Origin: an uncultured Metamycoplasma sp.
GTDB lineage: Bacteria; Bacillota_I; Bacilli_A; Mycoplasmatales; Metamycoplasmataceae
Assembly: GCA_964435585.1 (NCBI GenBank)
Contig: CAYSZT010000003.1
Coordinates: 14,870-78,869 of the forward strand
Direction of reading: 5' to 3'
DNA: 64,000 nt
Shown here: positions 25,597-35,092 of the stretch, one piece after another
Position numbering within the stretch: position 1 is the stretch's first letter
Layout of the letters: each line of letters begins with the position of its first letter
The notes under the pieces: generated by a model
Told to the model about the DNA's origin: nothing
Database searches by the model: none
Seen by the model: the letters and a program-made list of their open reading frames with translations, nothing else
Position numbers and translations under genes: made by a program

Positions 25597-27552
25597 ATGG
25601 ATTCATCAAATTATAGTGCTAAGAATATAGTTGCCCTAAAAGGCCTTGAAGCTGTTAGAAAAAGACCGGGGATGTATATAGGTTCAACAGATGTAAATGG
25701 TTTACATCATTTAGTTTGAGAAATTTTTGATAACTCAGTAGATGAAGTTTTGGCAGGTTTTGCTACAGATATTAAAGTTGTTTTAAAAAAAGATGGTTCA
25801 GTTGTTGTTGAAGATAATGGGCGTGGAATACCTATAGATATGCACTCGAGTGGAAAAACAGGGGTTGAAACTGTTTTTACAGAATTACATGCTGGTGGTA
25901 AGTTTAATAATGATGCTTATAAGACAGCTGGTGGTTTGCATGGTGTTGGTTCATCAGTGGTTAATGCTTTATCTACACATTTAACTGTGACAGTCTTTAG
26001 AGACAAGAAAACATATGAGACAAAATTTGAAAATGGAGATAACATTGTACAAAGAACAAAGGAAATTGGACCTACTTCAAAAAGAGGGACAATGGTTCAA
26101 TTTTGACCTAATTATCCTATTTTTAAAAATTCAAAGTTGTCTTATGAAGTTATTTGCGAAAGATTGAGAGAATCTGCTTTTTTACTTTCAAATTTAAGAA
26201 TTGTTGTAGTTGATGAAAATTCGAATCAAAGAGAAGAATTTCATTACAAAGAAGGTATAAAATCTTTTGTTTCTTTTATTAATCAAAATAAAACAACTAT
26301 TTCAGATATTTTCTATGTTAATGAAAAAAACAAGGCAACAGGAATCGAAGTTGAAATAGGACTTCAATATAATGATGGTTATAGTGAAACAATTGTTTCT
26401 TTTGCAAATAATGTTAAAACAAGAGATGGTGGAACACATGAAGGTGCATTCAAGACGGCTTTAACAAAAGTTATAAATGATTATGCTCGAGAAAAAGGAT
26501 TTTTAAAATCAAGAGATGCAAACTTTGAAGGTTCTGATATTAGAGAAGGAATTGTAGCAGTCATTTCTGTTAAAGTTCCAGAAGCTATTTTGGAATTTGT
26601 TGGTCAAACAAAAGACAAATTATCTACTCCAGAAATTAAAAAAGTTATTGAAGACTTGCTTCAAAAACATCTTTATTTTTGATTAAATGAAAATAAGAAA
26701 AATTCAGAAAGAATTCTGGCAAAATCAAAACAATCAAGAGAAGCTAGAGAAGCAGCTAGAAAAGCAAGAAATGAATCTAGAAAAGCTAAAGATAAAATGT
26801 CTGAGGTGAAAATTCTTTCAGGTAAATTAACTCCTGCTCAATCAAACAAACCATCGGAAAAGGAATTATATTTAGTTGAGGGAGACTCCGCCGGAGGTTC
26901 GGCAAAGCTTGGAAGAGATAGAAGATTTCAAGCTATATTACCTCTAAGAGGAAAAGTTTTAAATACAGAAAAAGCGAGATTAATTGACATTTTAAAAAAT
27001 GAAGAAATAGCAACAATCATTAATTGTATTAATGCAGGAATAGGTTCTGACTTTAAAATTGAAAATGTTAAATATCACAAGGTTATTATTATGACTGATG
27101 CTGATACAGATGGAGCTCACATTCAAATACTATTATTAACTTTCTTCTTCAGATATATGAAACCTTTAATTCAAGCAGGAATGCTTTATATTGCTCAACC
27201 ACCATTATTTAAAGTAAGTTATATGAATAAAAATAAAAAGGAAAATGTCTACTTTTGATCCGAAGAAGAATTGAAATCATATCTTGCTAATAACTCATCA
27301 AGATCTGTTGAAGTACAAAGGTACAAAGGGCTTGGAGAAATGAATTCGGACCAATTGTGAGAAACAACAATGGATCCTAAAACAAGAACTTTAATAAAAG
27401 TTACAGTTCAAGATGAAGCAATAGTTGAACGTAGAGTCTCAACTCTTATGGGTGATGCTGTTGAGCCAAGAAAAGAATGAATTAATAAGAATGTTGAATT
27501 CAGTTTAGAAGACAACTTCCAAATTAATCAAAGCACTAGTCAAGATGAATAA
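25597..27552 (+). CDS. parE: DNA topoisomerase IV subunit B
   Basis: ATG at 25597. Track ORFs 25750.., 26137.. and 26797.. share a frame and join across TGA. GLHHLVW(TGA)[44 protein letters not shown]. This is the second GyrB/ParE paralog and the shorter one (651 aa vs 644 aa), so the ParE assignment is by elimination. Confidence 0.85.
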
Positions 27553-27675
27553 TAATTTGCTAAATTTCAAGTATTAAAAAAATGCTTTCTTCGTTTCTTA
27601 AATTTTGATAAATAACCTTTTTAATGTTAAAATATTTTTTATATTATAAAACATAGAAAGATTTGTTAAAAGATT

Positions 27676-29070
27676 ATGAGTAAAGAAACAAAAAAAACAA
27701 AGAAAACAACTGCTAAAAAATCAGCAAGCGCAAAAAATAAATCAAAAGCTAAATTAGCTAAAACTTCTTCAGCAAAGAAAACAACTAAAAAAGTTTCTAA
27801 ACCTTTAAAAACAACAAAAAAATCTTCACCTAAAAAATCAACTAAAAAAGTTTCAAAATCAAATAGCAAAATTTCTAAAAAAACAAAATCTACATCTGTT
27901 AATAAAAGTAAAAAAGTTAATAATAGAAAATCAACTCAACAACCAAGAATTGTGAAGATAAATAAAAAATTTGTTAAATTACCAAAAAGAACAAATCTTG
28001 AAATTTATTCTTGTGTTTGAAGAATGTATTTAGTTACAAATCCTAAAACTAAAAAACAAACAGTTCAAAAATTTTGAATTGTTATTGGTAAAGGGCACAA
28101 GAAATATAGAAAATTTGAAACACAGGTTGAAGCAATTCAATACTTTAGAGCACTAAAAAAATACGCAAGAATGTCTGTTCAGTCAGTTAAATCAAAAGAA
28201 TTCATAAGAAATGTTTACACATTCTTTGAGATGGCTTGAAGAGGCGTGGAATTAGATACAATCAAAAAATCTACAAGAAAAATTAGCAATGATGAAGATT
28301 ATGTAGATCAATTTGATGATGTAAATATTGATGATGACGATAAAATTGAAAACTTTGATGATGAAGAAATCAACAAAATTATTGCTGAAAATGAAGGCGG
28401 AGTTCTAGTTGATGAAGTTAATTCAAAACTTTCATCATCAACAGAGGTTGAAACACCAAAGGAAAATGAATTTGTTACTCAAGTAATCGGACTAAATAGT
28501 GATGAGGAAACAAAAGTTGAGGAATCTGATCCTTATGCTCTAACAACAGAAATTTCTTTTGTTGAAGAATCAAAACCTGAGGCAGACCCATATGCTCTAA
28601 CAAATGAAGTACATTTAGAAAATCTTCCAGAAGTTATTATTGAACCAGTTAAAGAAGAACATATCGAGGAAGTTGTTGAGCAACCTCAACCAGCAGCTCA
28701 ACCAGTTGCTCCTGCACCAGTTGTTATTGAAGAATCAAAACCTGAAGTAGTAGACCCATATGCTCTAACAAATGAAATTACTCCAACTACTTCTCTATAT
28801 GATTTATCAATAAGCGAAGAAGAACAGTTAAATGAAAATGAATTAGTTCAACCTTCTTCAAATGATAAAGTTCATGAAACAATTAATGATGAAAATATTA
28901 ATTTAACTCAATATCAAACATCACTTGTTTCAGCAAATAAATCTGAATCAATTGATGGAAGATATAGTTCCAGATTGAGAATTACTTACTGACTGTTAAT
29001 TATTTTAATTGCTCTAGCATTAGCGGCTATTGTTGTTATAGCAATGTTATTTGTTACAAATATTTTGTAA
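27676..29070 (+). CDS. tail-anchored chimeric protein (464 aa): Lys-rich N-terminus, DUF2188-like module, acidic repeat region, C-terminal TM helix
   Basis: Track ORFs 27676..28020 and 28246..28992 share a frame and join across TGA. N-terminus KKTKKTTAKKSASAKNKSKAKLAK.... Middle: WIVIGKGHKKYRKFETQVEAIQYFRALKKYA. Three copies of DPYALT[TN]E. C-terminus WLLIILIALALAAIVVIAMLFVTNIL, with the stop at 29068..29070. Confidence 0.75.
28564..28608 (+). repeat. direct repeat copy 1 (gaagaatcaaaacctga..gacccatatgctctaacaaatgaa), encoding EESKPEADPYALTNE
   Basis: It is nearly identical to 28729..28776 (EESKPEVVDPYALTNE). A third degenerate copy, gatccttatgctctaacaacagaa, starts at 28528. Confidence 0.8.
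28729..28776 (+). repeat. direct repeat copy 2 (one extra codon relative to copy 1)
   Basis: See 28564..28608. It lies in-frame within CDS 27676..29070. Confidence 0.8.
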
Positions 29071-29093
29071 TTTCTAAAATTAAGGTGCAATAG

Positions 29094-29681
29094 ATGGATT
29101 CAAAAGTATTAACAATTTTAGTGATTGTAACATTATGTCTAATAGGAATCGTATTAATTATTTTAATTACACCTTTTATTGTTCATTTATTTAAGAAAAG
29201 AAAGATTGGAAATTCTAAATCAACTAACTTATCTTCAAGTAGTAAAATACGTTTGATTAATCAATTAAGAGAGTCAGTAGAATCTTTATCAAAAACAAAA
29301 ACAGGTGCAATTATCACAATTGAAAATAATGACAATTTAGATAACTTAAGAACCGATGGAGTTAAATTAGATGCAAATATTTCTGCTGCTTTAATCATTT
29401 CTATCTTTAACAAAAACTCACCACTTCATGATGGTGCTGTTGTTATTAGAGGAAACCGTATTTATTATGCTTCAACATATTACAAAATAACAAAAAGGTC
29501 AATTGATGCAAAATATGGTTCAAGACATAGAGCAGGACTTGGTATTTCAGAAGTTTCTGATGCAACAACAATTATTGTTTCTGAAGAAACAGGTGGAGTT
29601 TCAATAACAAAGGATTCAATGCTGATTCCAATTAAATTAAGCGAATTCCAAGAAAAATTATTATTCTTCCTGAAAGATTAA
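29094..29681 (+). CDS. cdaA: diadenylate cyclase (c-di-AMP synthase), membrane-anchored CdaA-type
   Basis: N-terminal TM helix followed by a DAC domain: GAIITIE, SPLHDGAVVIRGNRI, GSRHRAGLGISE, IIVSEETGGVSI. Confidence 0.85.
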   Translation: MDSKVLTILVIVTLCLIGIVLIILITPFIVHLFKKRKIGNSKSTNLSSSSKIRLINQLRESVESLSKTKTGAIITIENNDNLDNLRTDGVKLDANISAALIISIFNKNSPLHDGAVVIRGNRIYYASTYYKITKRSIDAKYGSRHRAGLGISEVSDATTIIVSEETGGVSITKDSMLIPIKLSEFQEKLLFFLKD

Positions 29682-29707
29682 TTTTTTGTACATAAAGGAG
29701 GTTTCTA

Positions 29708-31135
29708 ATGTCTCAGTCTCTAAAAAAATATGACATCAAAAAATTGATTGTCGAAAAAGATTTATACACAATTAGAGAATATGTAGATGCAACTCCTTTT
29801 GATGAGGTTGTTAATGAACTAAATGATCTTAATGATTTAGAAGTATCGCTTTTCTTTAGATTTCTAAAGACTGAAACGGCTTCAGAATTGTTTTCATATT
29901 TGACTGAGGACCAGCAACAAACAATCATTCAGAACTTGACAAAAAAAGAAGTAGCTGATATTATTAATGAACTTTATACAGATGAAATTGCCGATGTTTT
30001 GGAAGCATTGCCTCCTGATATGGCTAAAACAATTCTACTAACTGTTGATAAAACAACAAGAGTTAAAGTTAATCAAATTCTTCAATTTAATGATGATCAA
30101 GTTGGATCAATAATGTCTGTTGACATTATTTCTTTAAAGTCAAATTTAACCAACAAAGATGCCTTGGCTCTAATTAAGCAAAAAAGAGAAGAATCAGAAA
30201 TTGGACAATTCTACTATGTAGTAGATAGCAAAAATAAATTACAGGGATTTACAACATTGGAGAATTTAGTTTTTTCTCCAAGAGAAGAAGTTGTGAGTGA
30301 AAAGATGAAGCCAATTAGGTCAATTAAAACCAAACAACTCAAATCTGAAGCAGCTCAAATATTTGCTTCAGAAGATTATTCAACATTACCTGTCGTTGAT
30401 GACAATGATGTTTTAATGGGAATGCTTACATCTGATGATGTTATTGATATTCTTCAAGAAGAAGCTAGTGAAGACATTTATAAGGCGGCCGGTATTTCTT
30501 ATGAAAACCAAAATGTTGTTTCGTACATGAAGACATCGATATTATCAATTGTTCGTTCTCGTATTTTTTGACTAATCATTTTGATGATTAGTTCAACACT
30601 ATCTCAAATAATCATTCAGATATTTAATGAAAAATTGGAAGGAGATTTAGAGCAAATTTTTAGCACTTCCATTTCTACAATTCTAGTCGCTCTAATCCCT
30701 GTTACTTCTGCTACTAGTGGTAATGCGGGTTCGCAGACAACCTCAACATTAACTCGTGCAGCCTCTCTTGGTGAATTAAAAGAAGCCAAGACGGGCCAAA
30801 TAGTTAAAAAGGAGACACTAGTTGGTTTAATATTAGGTTCTATCTTAGCAATTGTAAATTTTGCGAGATTAGTAATTTATTACATGGCTTATAAAGGAAT
30901 GCTATTTAGCAATGTTAAATTTTTGATGTTAATTTCTTTAGTTTCTTCGATCTCATTATTAGTTTCAATAACATTGTCAAAATCATTAGGAGCTACAATA
31001 CTTTCTCTAGTTGTTAAAACAAAAAAAGATCCTGCTGTTATGTCAGGTCCAATGATTACGACAGTTATTGATGCTTTATCGACATTAATCTTTTTTGCCT
31101 TAGCTTATGCAATTCTTTATCCAATATTTTTATAA
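29708..31135 (+). CDS. mgtE: magnesium transporter MgtE (N domain, CBS pair, TM domain)
   Basis: aaggagg RBS. Track ORFs 29708..30571 and 30581..31135 share a frame and join across TGA. DEIADVLEALP, a CBS region, and GNAGSQT in the TM domain. Confidence 0.9.
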
Positions 31136-31147
31136 TTTTTAAAAAAC

Positions 31148-31167
31148 AAAACTATAAATATAGTTTT
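31148..31167 (+). terminator. possible weak AT-rich terminator hairpin after mgtE
   Basis: aaaactata aa tatagtttt (9-bp arms). The stem is entirely A/T-rich and the T-run is short, so confidence is low. Confidence 0.3.
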
Positions 31168-31253
31168 ATATATAAGATTAAAATAAATTTTTATTTCAGT
31201 AAAACATTTTTTATATAATCACTATTTGAAAAAAGTTTTGTCAAGGAGTTGTT

Positions 31254-32036
31254 ATGCCACCAAAAAGAAGAAGAGTAAGTAAACAAAGTTTTGTAAATGA
31301 AAAATTTAAACCTTTACAAATTGAAGAATTAAAATCTCCAGAAGTTCTTGAGGGTAAAAATATTATCGGTGCCGATGAAACTGGGGTTGGTGATTATTTA
31401 ACTCCTTTAGTTGCAGCTGCTGCTTTTGTGGAAGCTTCCAATATTCAAAAACTAATTGACCTAGGTGTTAAGGATTCGAAGAAATTAAGTGATAGTAAAA
31501 TCCTTGAACTTTTCCCAAAAATAGAACCCTTGATTAAATATCGTGTTAACCGTATGACACAAAAAGGTTATAACAATTTAACAAAACATATGAATGCCCA
31601 TGAAATCAAAATGCTTGTGCATATTGGGTGTATAACAAGATTAGAAAGATTTGATAAAGTTGAGGAAGATTATATTCTTTTAGATGCCTTTGCTTCAGTG
31701 GACAATATTAATAAGTATTATGAAAATCTTATGAAGTCAAATTTAAAAACTGATGAGATTTCTAAAAAAATATATTTAGCTGAAAAGGCAGAAGACATTC
31801 ACGTTGCTGTTGCTGCAGCCTCAATAGTGGCAAGATACCATTTTTTAGAAATGATGAAAGAACAAGAGGAAGTGATTGGAATGAAATTTCCACTTGGTAC
31901 AAATGAAGCAGCTGAGCAAGCGGCAATTGAATTATGTGAAAAGCACGGGAGAAAAGCTTTGTATGAAGTAGCTAAAATTTCCTTTAAGACAACAGAAAAA
32001 GTCTATGCTGAATTAGATAAAAAAGGAATTAAATAG
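31254..32036 (+). CDS. rnhC: ribonuclease HIII-like (RNase HII/HIII family), short N-terminus
   Basis: GADETGVGDYLTPLVAAAAFV resembles the HIII catalytic motif G.DE.G.GDYFGP. AAASIVARY comes later. A tataat -10 lies at 31214..31219. Confidence 0.7.
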   Translation: MPPKRRRVSKQSFVNEKFKPLQIEELKSPEVLEGKNIIGADETGVGDYLTPLVAAAAFVEASNIQKLIDLGVKDSKKLSDSKILELFPKIEPLIKYRVNRMTQKGYNNLTKHMNAHEIKMLVHIGCITRLERFDKVEEDYILLDAFASVDNINKYYENLMKSNLKTDEISKKIYLAEKAEDIHVAVAAASIVARYHFLEMMKEQEEVIGMKFPLGTNEAAEQAAIELCEKHGRKALYEVAKISFKTTEKVYAELDKKGIK

Positions 32037-32066
32037 CTTTTTACACTCTTATATTAAAATTAACAT

Positions 32067-33404
32067 ATGAGTAATTTATCATTAGATACCATAGTTGCAA
32101 TTTCCAGTGGAAGTGTAAATCAAGCTATATCAATCATAAGGATTGTTGGGCCAGAAGCAATAGAGATTATCAAGAAGATTTTCACTGGCAAAATTGGTCC
32201 AAACAAATCAATTCAATATGGTTTCATAAGAGATAGCAATGGCAATTTACTAGATGAAGTTCTAGTGAACTTTTTTATTGGTACGGATAATTTTGTTGGT
32301 GAAGATACAGTTGAAATAAACGCTCATGGCGGAATTGTTGTGTCTCAAAAAATATTAGAACAAGCATTAATAAATGGAGCAAGATTAGCAACACCTGGTG
32401 AGTTTACGAGAAGAGCTTTTTTAAATGGGAAGATGTCACTAACTAAAGCTGAAGCAATTAATGAGTTGATAAATGCAAAAACATCAAGACAACAAGAAAT
32501 AGCGATTAATTCTTTTAAAAAGGATAAAGATGAAAAGATAAGTGAATTCATTAAGAAAGTTGAATACCTAATTGGATTATGTGAAGTAAATATTGATTAT
32601 CCAGAATATGATGATGTACCGATATTAGAAAACAAAGATTTTATGTTAAATCTAAATCAATTAATCGATGAATTAGCTAGTCTAATTAAATCATCTGAAT
32701 CAAACCAGATATATGTAAGACCTATAACAATAGCTATTGTTGGTAATCCTAATGCTGGTAAATCAACACTGATGAATGCTATTTTAAATGAAGATAAATC
32801 AATAGTTACAGACATCCCTGGAACCACTAGAGATGTAATAGAATCAGAAATTATTTTAAACAATTTAATCTTGAAATTTAAGGATACAGCAGGCATCAGA
32901 AAAGCGAGTGATGAAATTGAAAAAATCGGTGTTGAAAGAAGTTGAAATGAAATAGAAAAATCAGATTTAATTATCCATTTGATCGATTCAACAAAGGGAA
33001 TGAATCAATTTGACCATGAAATCGAAAATAAAATTAAATCTAAAAAACATTTACAAGTATGAAATAAGTCAGACCTTATTAATGAGCATGAAGAAAATAA
33101 ATTATATATAAGTTCAAAAAGCAAAGATATTTCCAATTTGAGTAAAACACTTGAGCAAATATTATCAAGTGATGAGGGAGATTTAACAAGTAATTTTATT
33201 TTCAATCAGAGACAGACATATTGTTTAAAAAGAGCGTATGATTCTTTAAATGTTGCTAAAAAATCCATTGAAGACCAAATGACATTTGATGTAGTAATCG
33301 TTGATTTGCATACTGCTTGAGAAAGTTTAAAAGAAATTATTGGCAATGTTGATAAGGAAGAATTATTGGATAGTATATTTAGTAATTTCTGTCTAGGAAA
33401 ATAA
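32067..33404 (+). CDS. mnmE: tRNA modification GTPase MnmE
   Basis: Track ORFs 32067..32945 and 33138..33320 share a frame and join across TGA. TIVAISSG, GNPNAGKSTLMN, DTAGIR, and the C-terminal FCLGK. Confidence 0.92.
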
Positions 33405-33405
33405 T

Positions 33406-34185
33406 ATGAAAAAATACATTGATTTACACTGCCATCCTTTTAAAGAATATTTTGAATCCCCAATGGATGTAATTAATCAAGCTAAAAAAAAGGGAGTTAG
33501 TAAAATATTTCTGGTCGGAACAGATTTAAATAATTCAAAAGAATCAATCGAGTTAGCTAAAAAGGATGAATCACTATTTCCGATTATTGGTATCCATCCA
33601 AATGATTCTTGAAACGAGCGAATAATAGATGATTTAGAAAAGCTCGTCGATGAAACAGTGGTTGGTATTGGTGAAGTTGGTCTTGATTATCACTATGAAG
33701 AAAGCCCATTAAAAGAAATGCAAGAAAGATGTTTTAGAAAACAAATTGAAATTGCAATTAGAAATAATATTCCTGTCATTGTCCACTCAAGAGATGCTCA
33801 TGAAGATACTTATAGAATAATAAAGGAATATAGAACAAATTTTCCATCTTCAATATTCATTCTTCATTCATATTCTTCAGGTCCTGATTATGTTCAAAAA
33901 TATGTCGATTTAGGTGTCTATTTTTCTTTCTCGGGCATAGTGACTTTTAAAAATGCAAAGGACACTCAAGAAGCTGCAAAATTAGTTCCATTAGACTTAA
34001 TTTTTTGTGAAACCGATACTCCCTATTTAGCACCGACTCCTCATAGAGGTAGGACAAATTTACCTGAATATGTTGTTGAAACAACTAATTTTATTGCCCA
34101 GTTAAAAGGAATAGGTGTTGAGGTATTATTGGAAAATATTAATAATAATTTAAATAGGTGTTTTCCAAAACATTTCAAAAGCTAA
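33406..34185 (+). CDS. tatD: TatD-family metal-dependent hydrolase/DNase
   Basis: Track ORFs 33406.. and 33658.. share a frame and join across TGA. DLHCH, GEVGLDYHY, VHSRDA, ETDTPYLAP. Confidence 0.9.
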
Positions 34186-34255
34186 TTTGTTAAATGGGAA
34201 GTTTTCAAAGCAAATAATCACATTTTAAATACCAGTAACTTTTGTTGACAAATTT

Positions 34256-34302
34256 ACAAAATCTGGCGTTTTTTTTTTTTTTTTTTTGTAAAATGAATCT
34301 TG
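34256..34302 (+). promoter_or_regulatory. conserved promoter/leader module A: acaaaatcTggcg-T19-g-TAAAAT-gaatcttg
   Basis: A -10-like TAAAAT sits at 34289..34294, directly next to the homopolymer. The flanks are near-identical to the reverse complement of 54829..54871. Confidence 0.55.
34269..34287 (+). repeat. homopolymeric T19 tract
   Basis: I counted 19 consecutive T between ...ctggcg and gtaaaatg. It is the longest homopolymer in the window. Confidence 0.9.
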
Positions 34303-34315
34303 TAAAGGAGAATTT

Positions 34316-34609
34316 ATGGACCAACTAGCATTAGCAAAGTCAATTAAGAAAAAAGGAATTATTGGATTAATTTTAATTTTCACATTGATTGGAGCAATCG
34401 TTACCTTGATTTTAGATATTATTTGTGGTGTAAAAATAATTTCAACTAATTGAAAGAATAAAGAAGTTGAAAATAGCAAGGTAATTTGAGGAGTTTTTTG
34501 TTTTGTAATATTAGGACCAATTTCAGCAATTATCTTTGGTTCAATTGCAGTGAACAAGATGCAAGAAAATTCAGATGGAACAACATATAGTAATATCGAA
34601 GAAGACTAG
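34316..34609 (+). CDS. small two-TM membrane protein (97 aa), family member P1
   Basis: aaaggag RBS and ATG at 34316, with two in-frame TGA(Trp). Shares TNW[KR]N...IWG[VI]F..V.LGPIS..IFGS with the next gene. Acidic C-terminus ...YSNIEED. Confidence 0.65.
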
Positions 34610-34616
34610 AACATAG

Positions 34617-34625
34617 TGCTATAAT
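34617..34625 (+). promoter_or_regulatory. extended -10 (TGcTATAAT) for CDS 34640
   Basis: tgctataat ends 14 nt before the ATG, and no SD sequence lies between them (short-leader transcript). Confidence 0.45.
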
Positions 34626-34639
34626 ATTGTTACCACGAT

Positions 34640-35089
34640 ATGAAAACAAATTTAAGGTCAAAAGCTATTCAAATAAGAACAATGGGAATTATTGGTATTT
34701 GCATTTATGCATTAGATATTGCTCTTTCCATTTTTTTAATTTCTATGTCGACTTCATTTATTAATGGAGGTGTTTCAGAAAACACATTTGGAAATTCATA
34801 TGGTATAGTTTCGATTATTCTTTTAGTTTTCTCTGTGATTCTTTTTGCACTAAACATAACATGCTGTATTAAGATATTAACAACAAATTGAAGAAATGAA
34901 AAATTGAACAACCAAAAGACAATTTGAGGAATTTTTTCAATTGTTCTTTTAGGCCCAATTTCATCTGTGATTTTCGGTTCAATGGCTTCTAAAACACTAA
35001 AGAATCATCAAGACAATAATTATGAACTTAATGTTTCTACTGAAAATAATGTTAGTGAAGAGAATGACTATTATATAGAGGGAGATTAG
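34640..35089 (+). CDS. small four-TM membrane protein (149 aa), family member P2
   Basis: Track ORF 34640..34891 extends across TGA codons to the TAG at 35087..35089. Its C-terminal half is paralogous to P1 and its N-terminal half resembles the C-terminal half of CDS 54137..54814. It ends ...NDYYIEGD. Confidence 0.7.
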
Positions 35090-35092
35090 TAA

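Noticed and set aside
27666-27869. A 67-aa minus-strand ORF opposite the Lys-rich gene.
   Set aside because: It is the antisense reading of AAA/AAG-rich codons (Phe/Leu-rich) and is not supported by any start signal. The plus-strand gene has a coherent multi-domain product.
34256-34290. The ggcg plus T19 sequence as a rho-independent terminator for tatD (and the locus B equivalent for CDS 54890..55336).
   Set aside because: No stable GC-rich hairpin precedes either tract; only 4-bp complementarity with long loops is available. The tract is followed immediately by a conserved -10, leader, RBS and ATG in both copies. Some terminator-like pausing at the T-run cannot be excluded.
34293-34328. 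A short upstream ORF (ATG inside gtaaaATGaatctt) in the conserved leader. In locus B this ATG is in frame with the main ORF.
   Set aside because: The ATG overlaps the -10-like hexamer and would lie upstream of the predicted TSS. In locus A it is out of frame and ends after 11 codons. Both main ATGs have purine-rich RBS-like sequences at proper spacing. It cannot be fully excluded without TSS data.
34225-34557. A 110-aa minus-strand ORF spanning the T19 tract (it would encode a KKKKKK run).
   Set aside because: It is antisense to the better-supported small membrane protein gene (RBS, paralogs, TM pattern). Its poly-Lys comes only from reading the homopolymer, and it has no start context.
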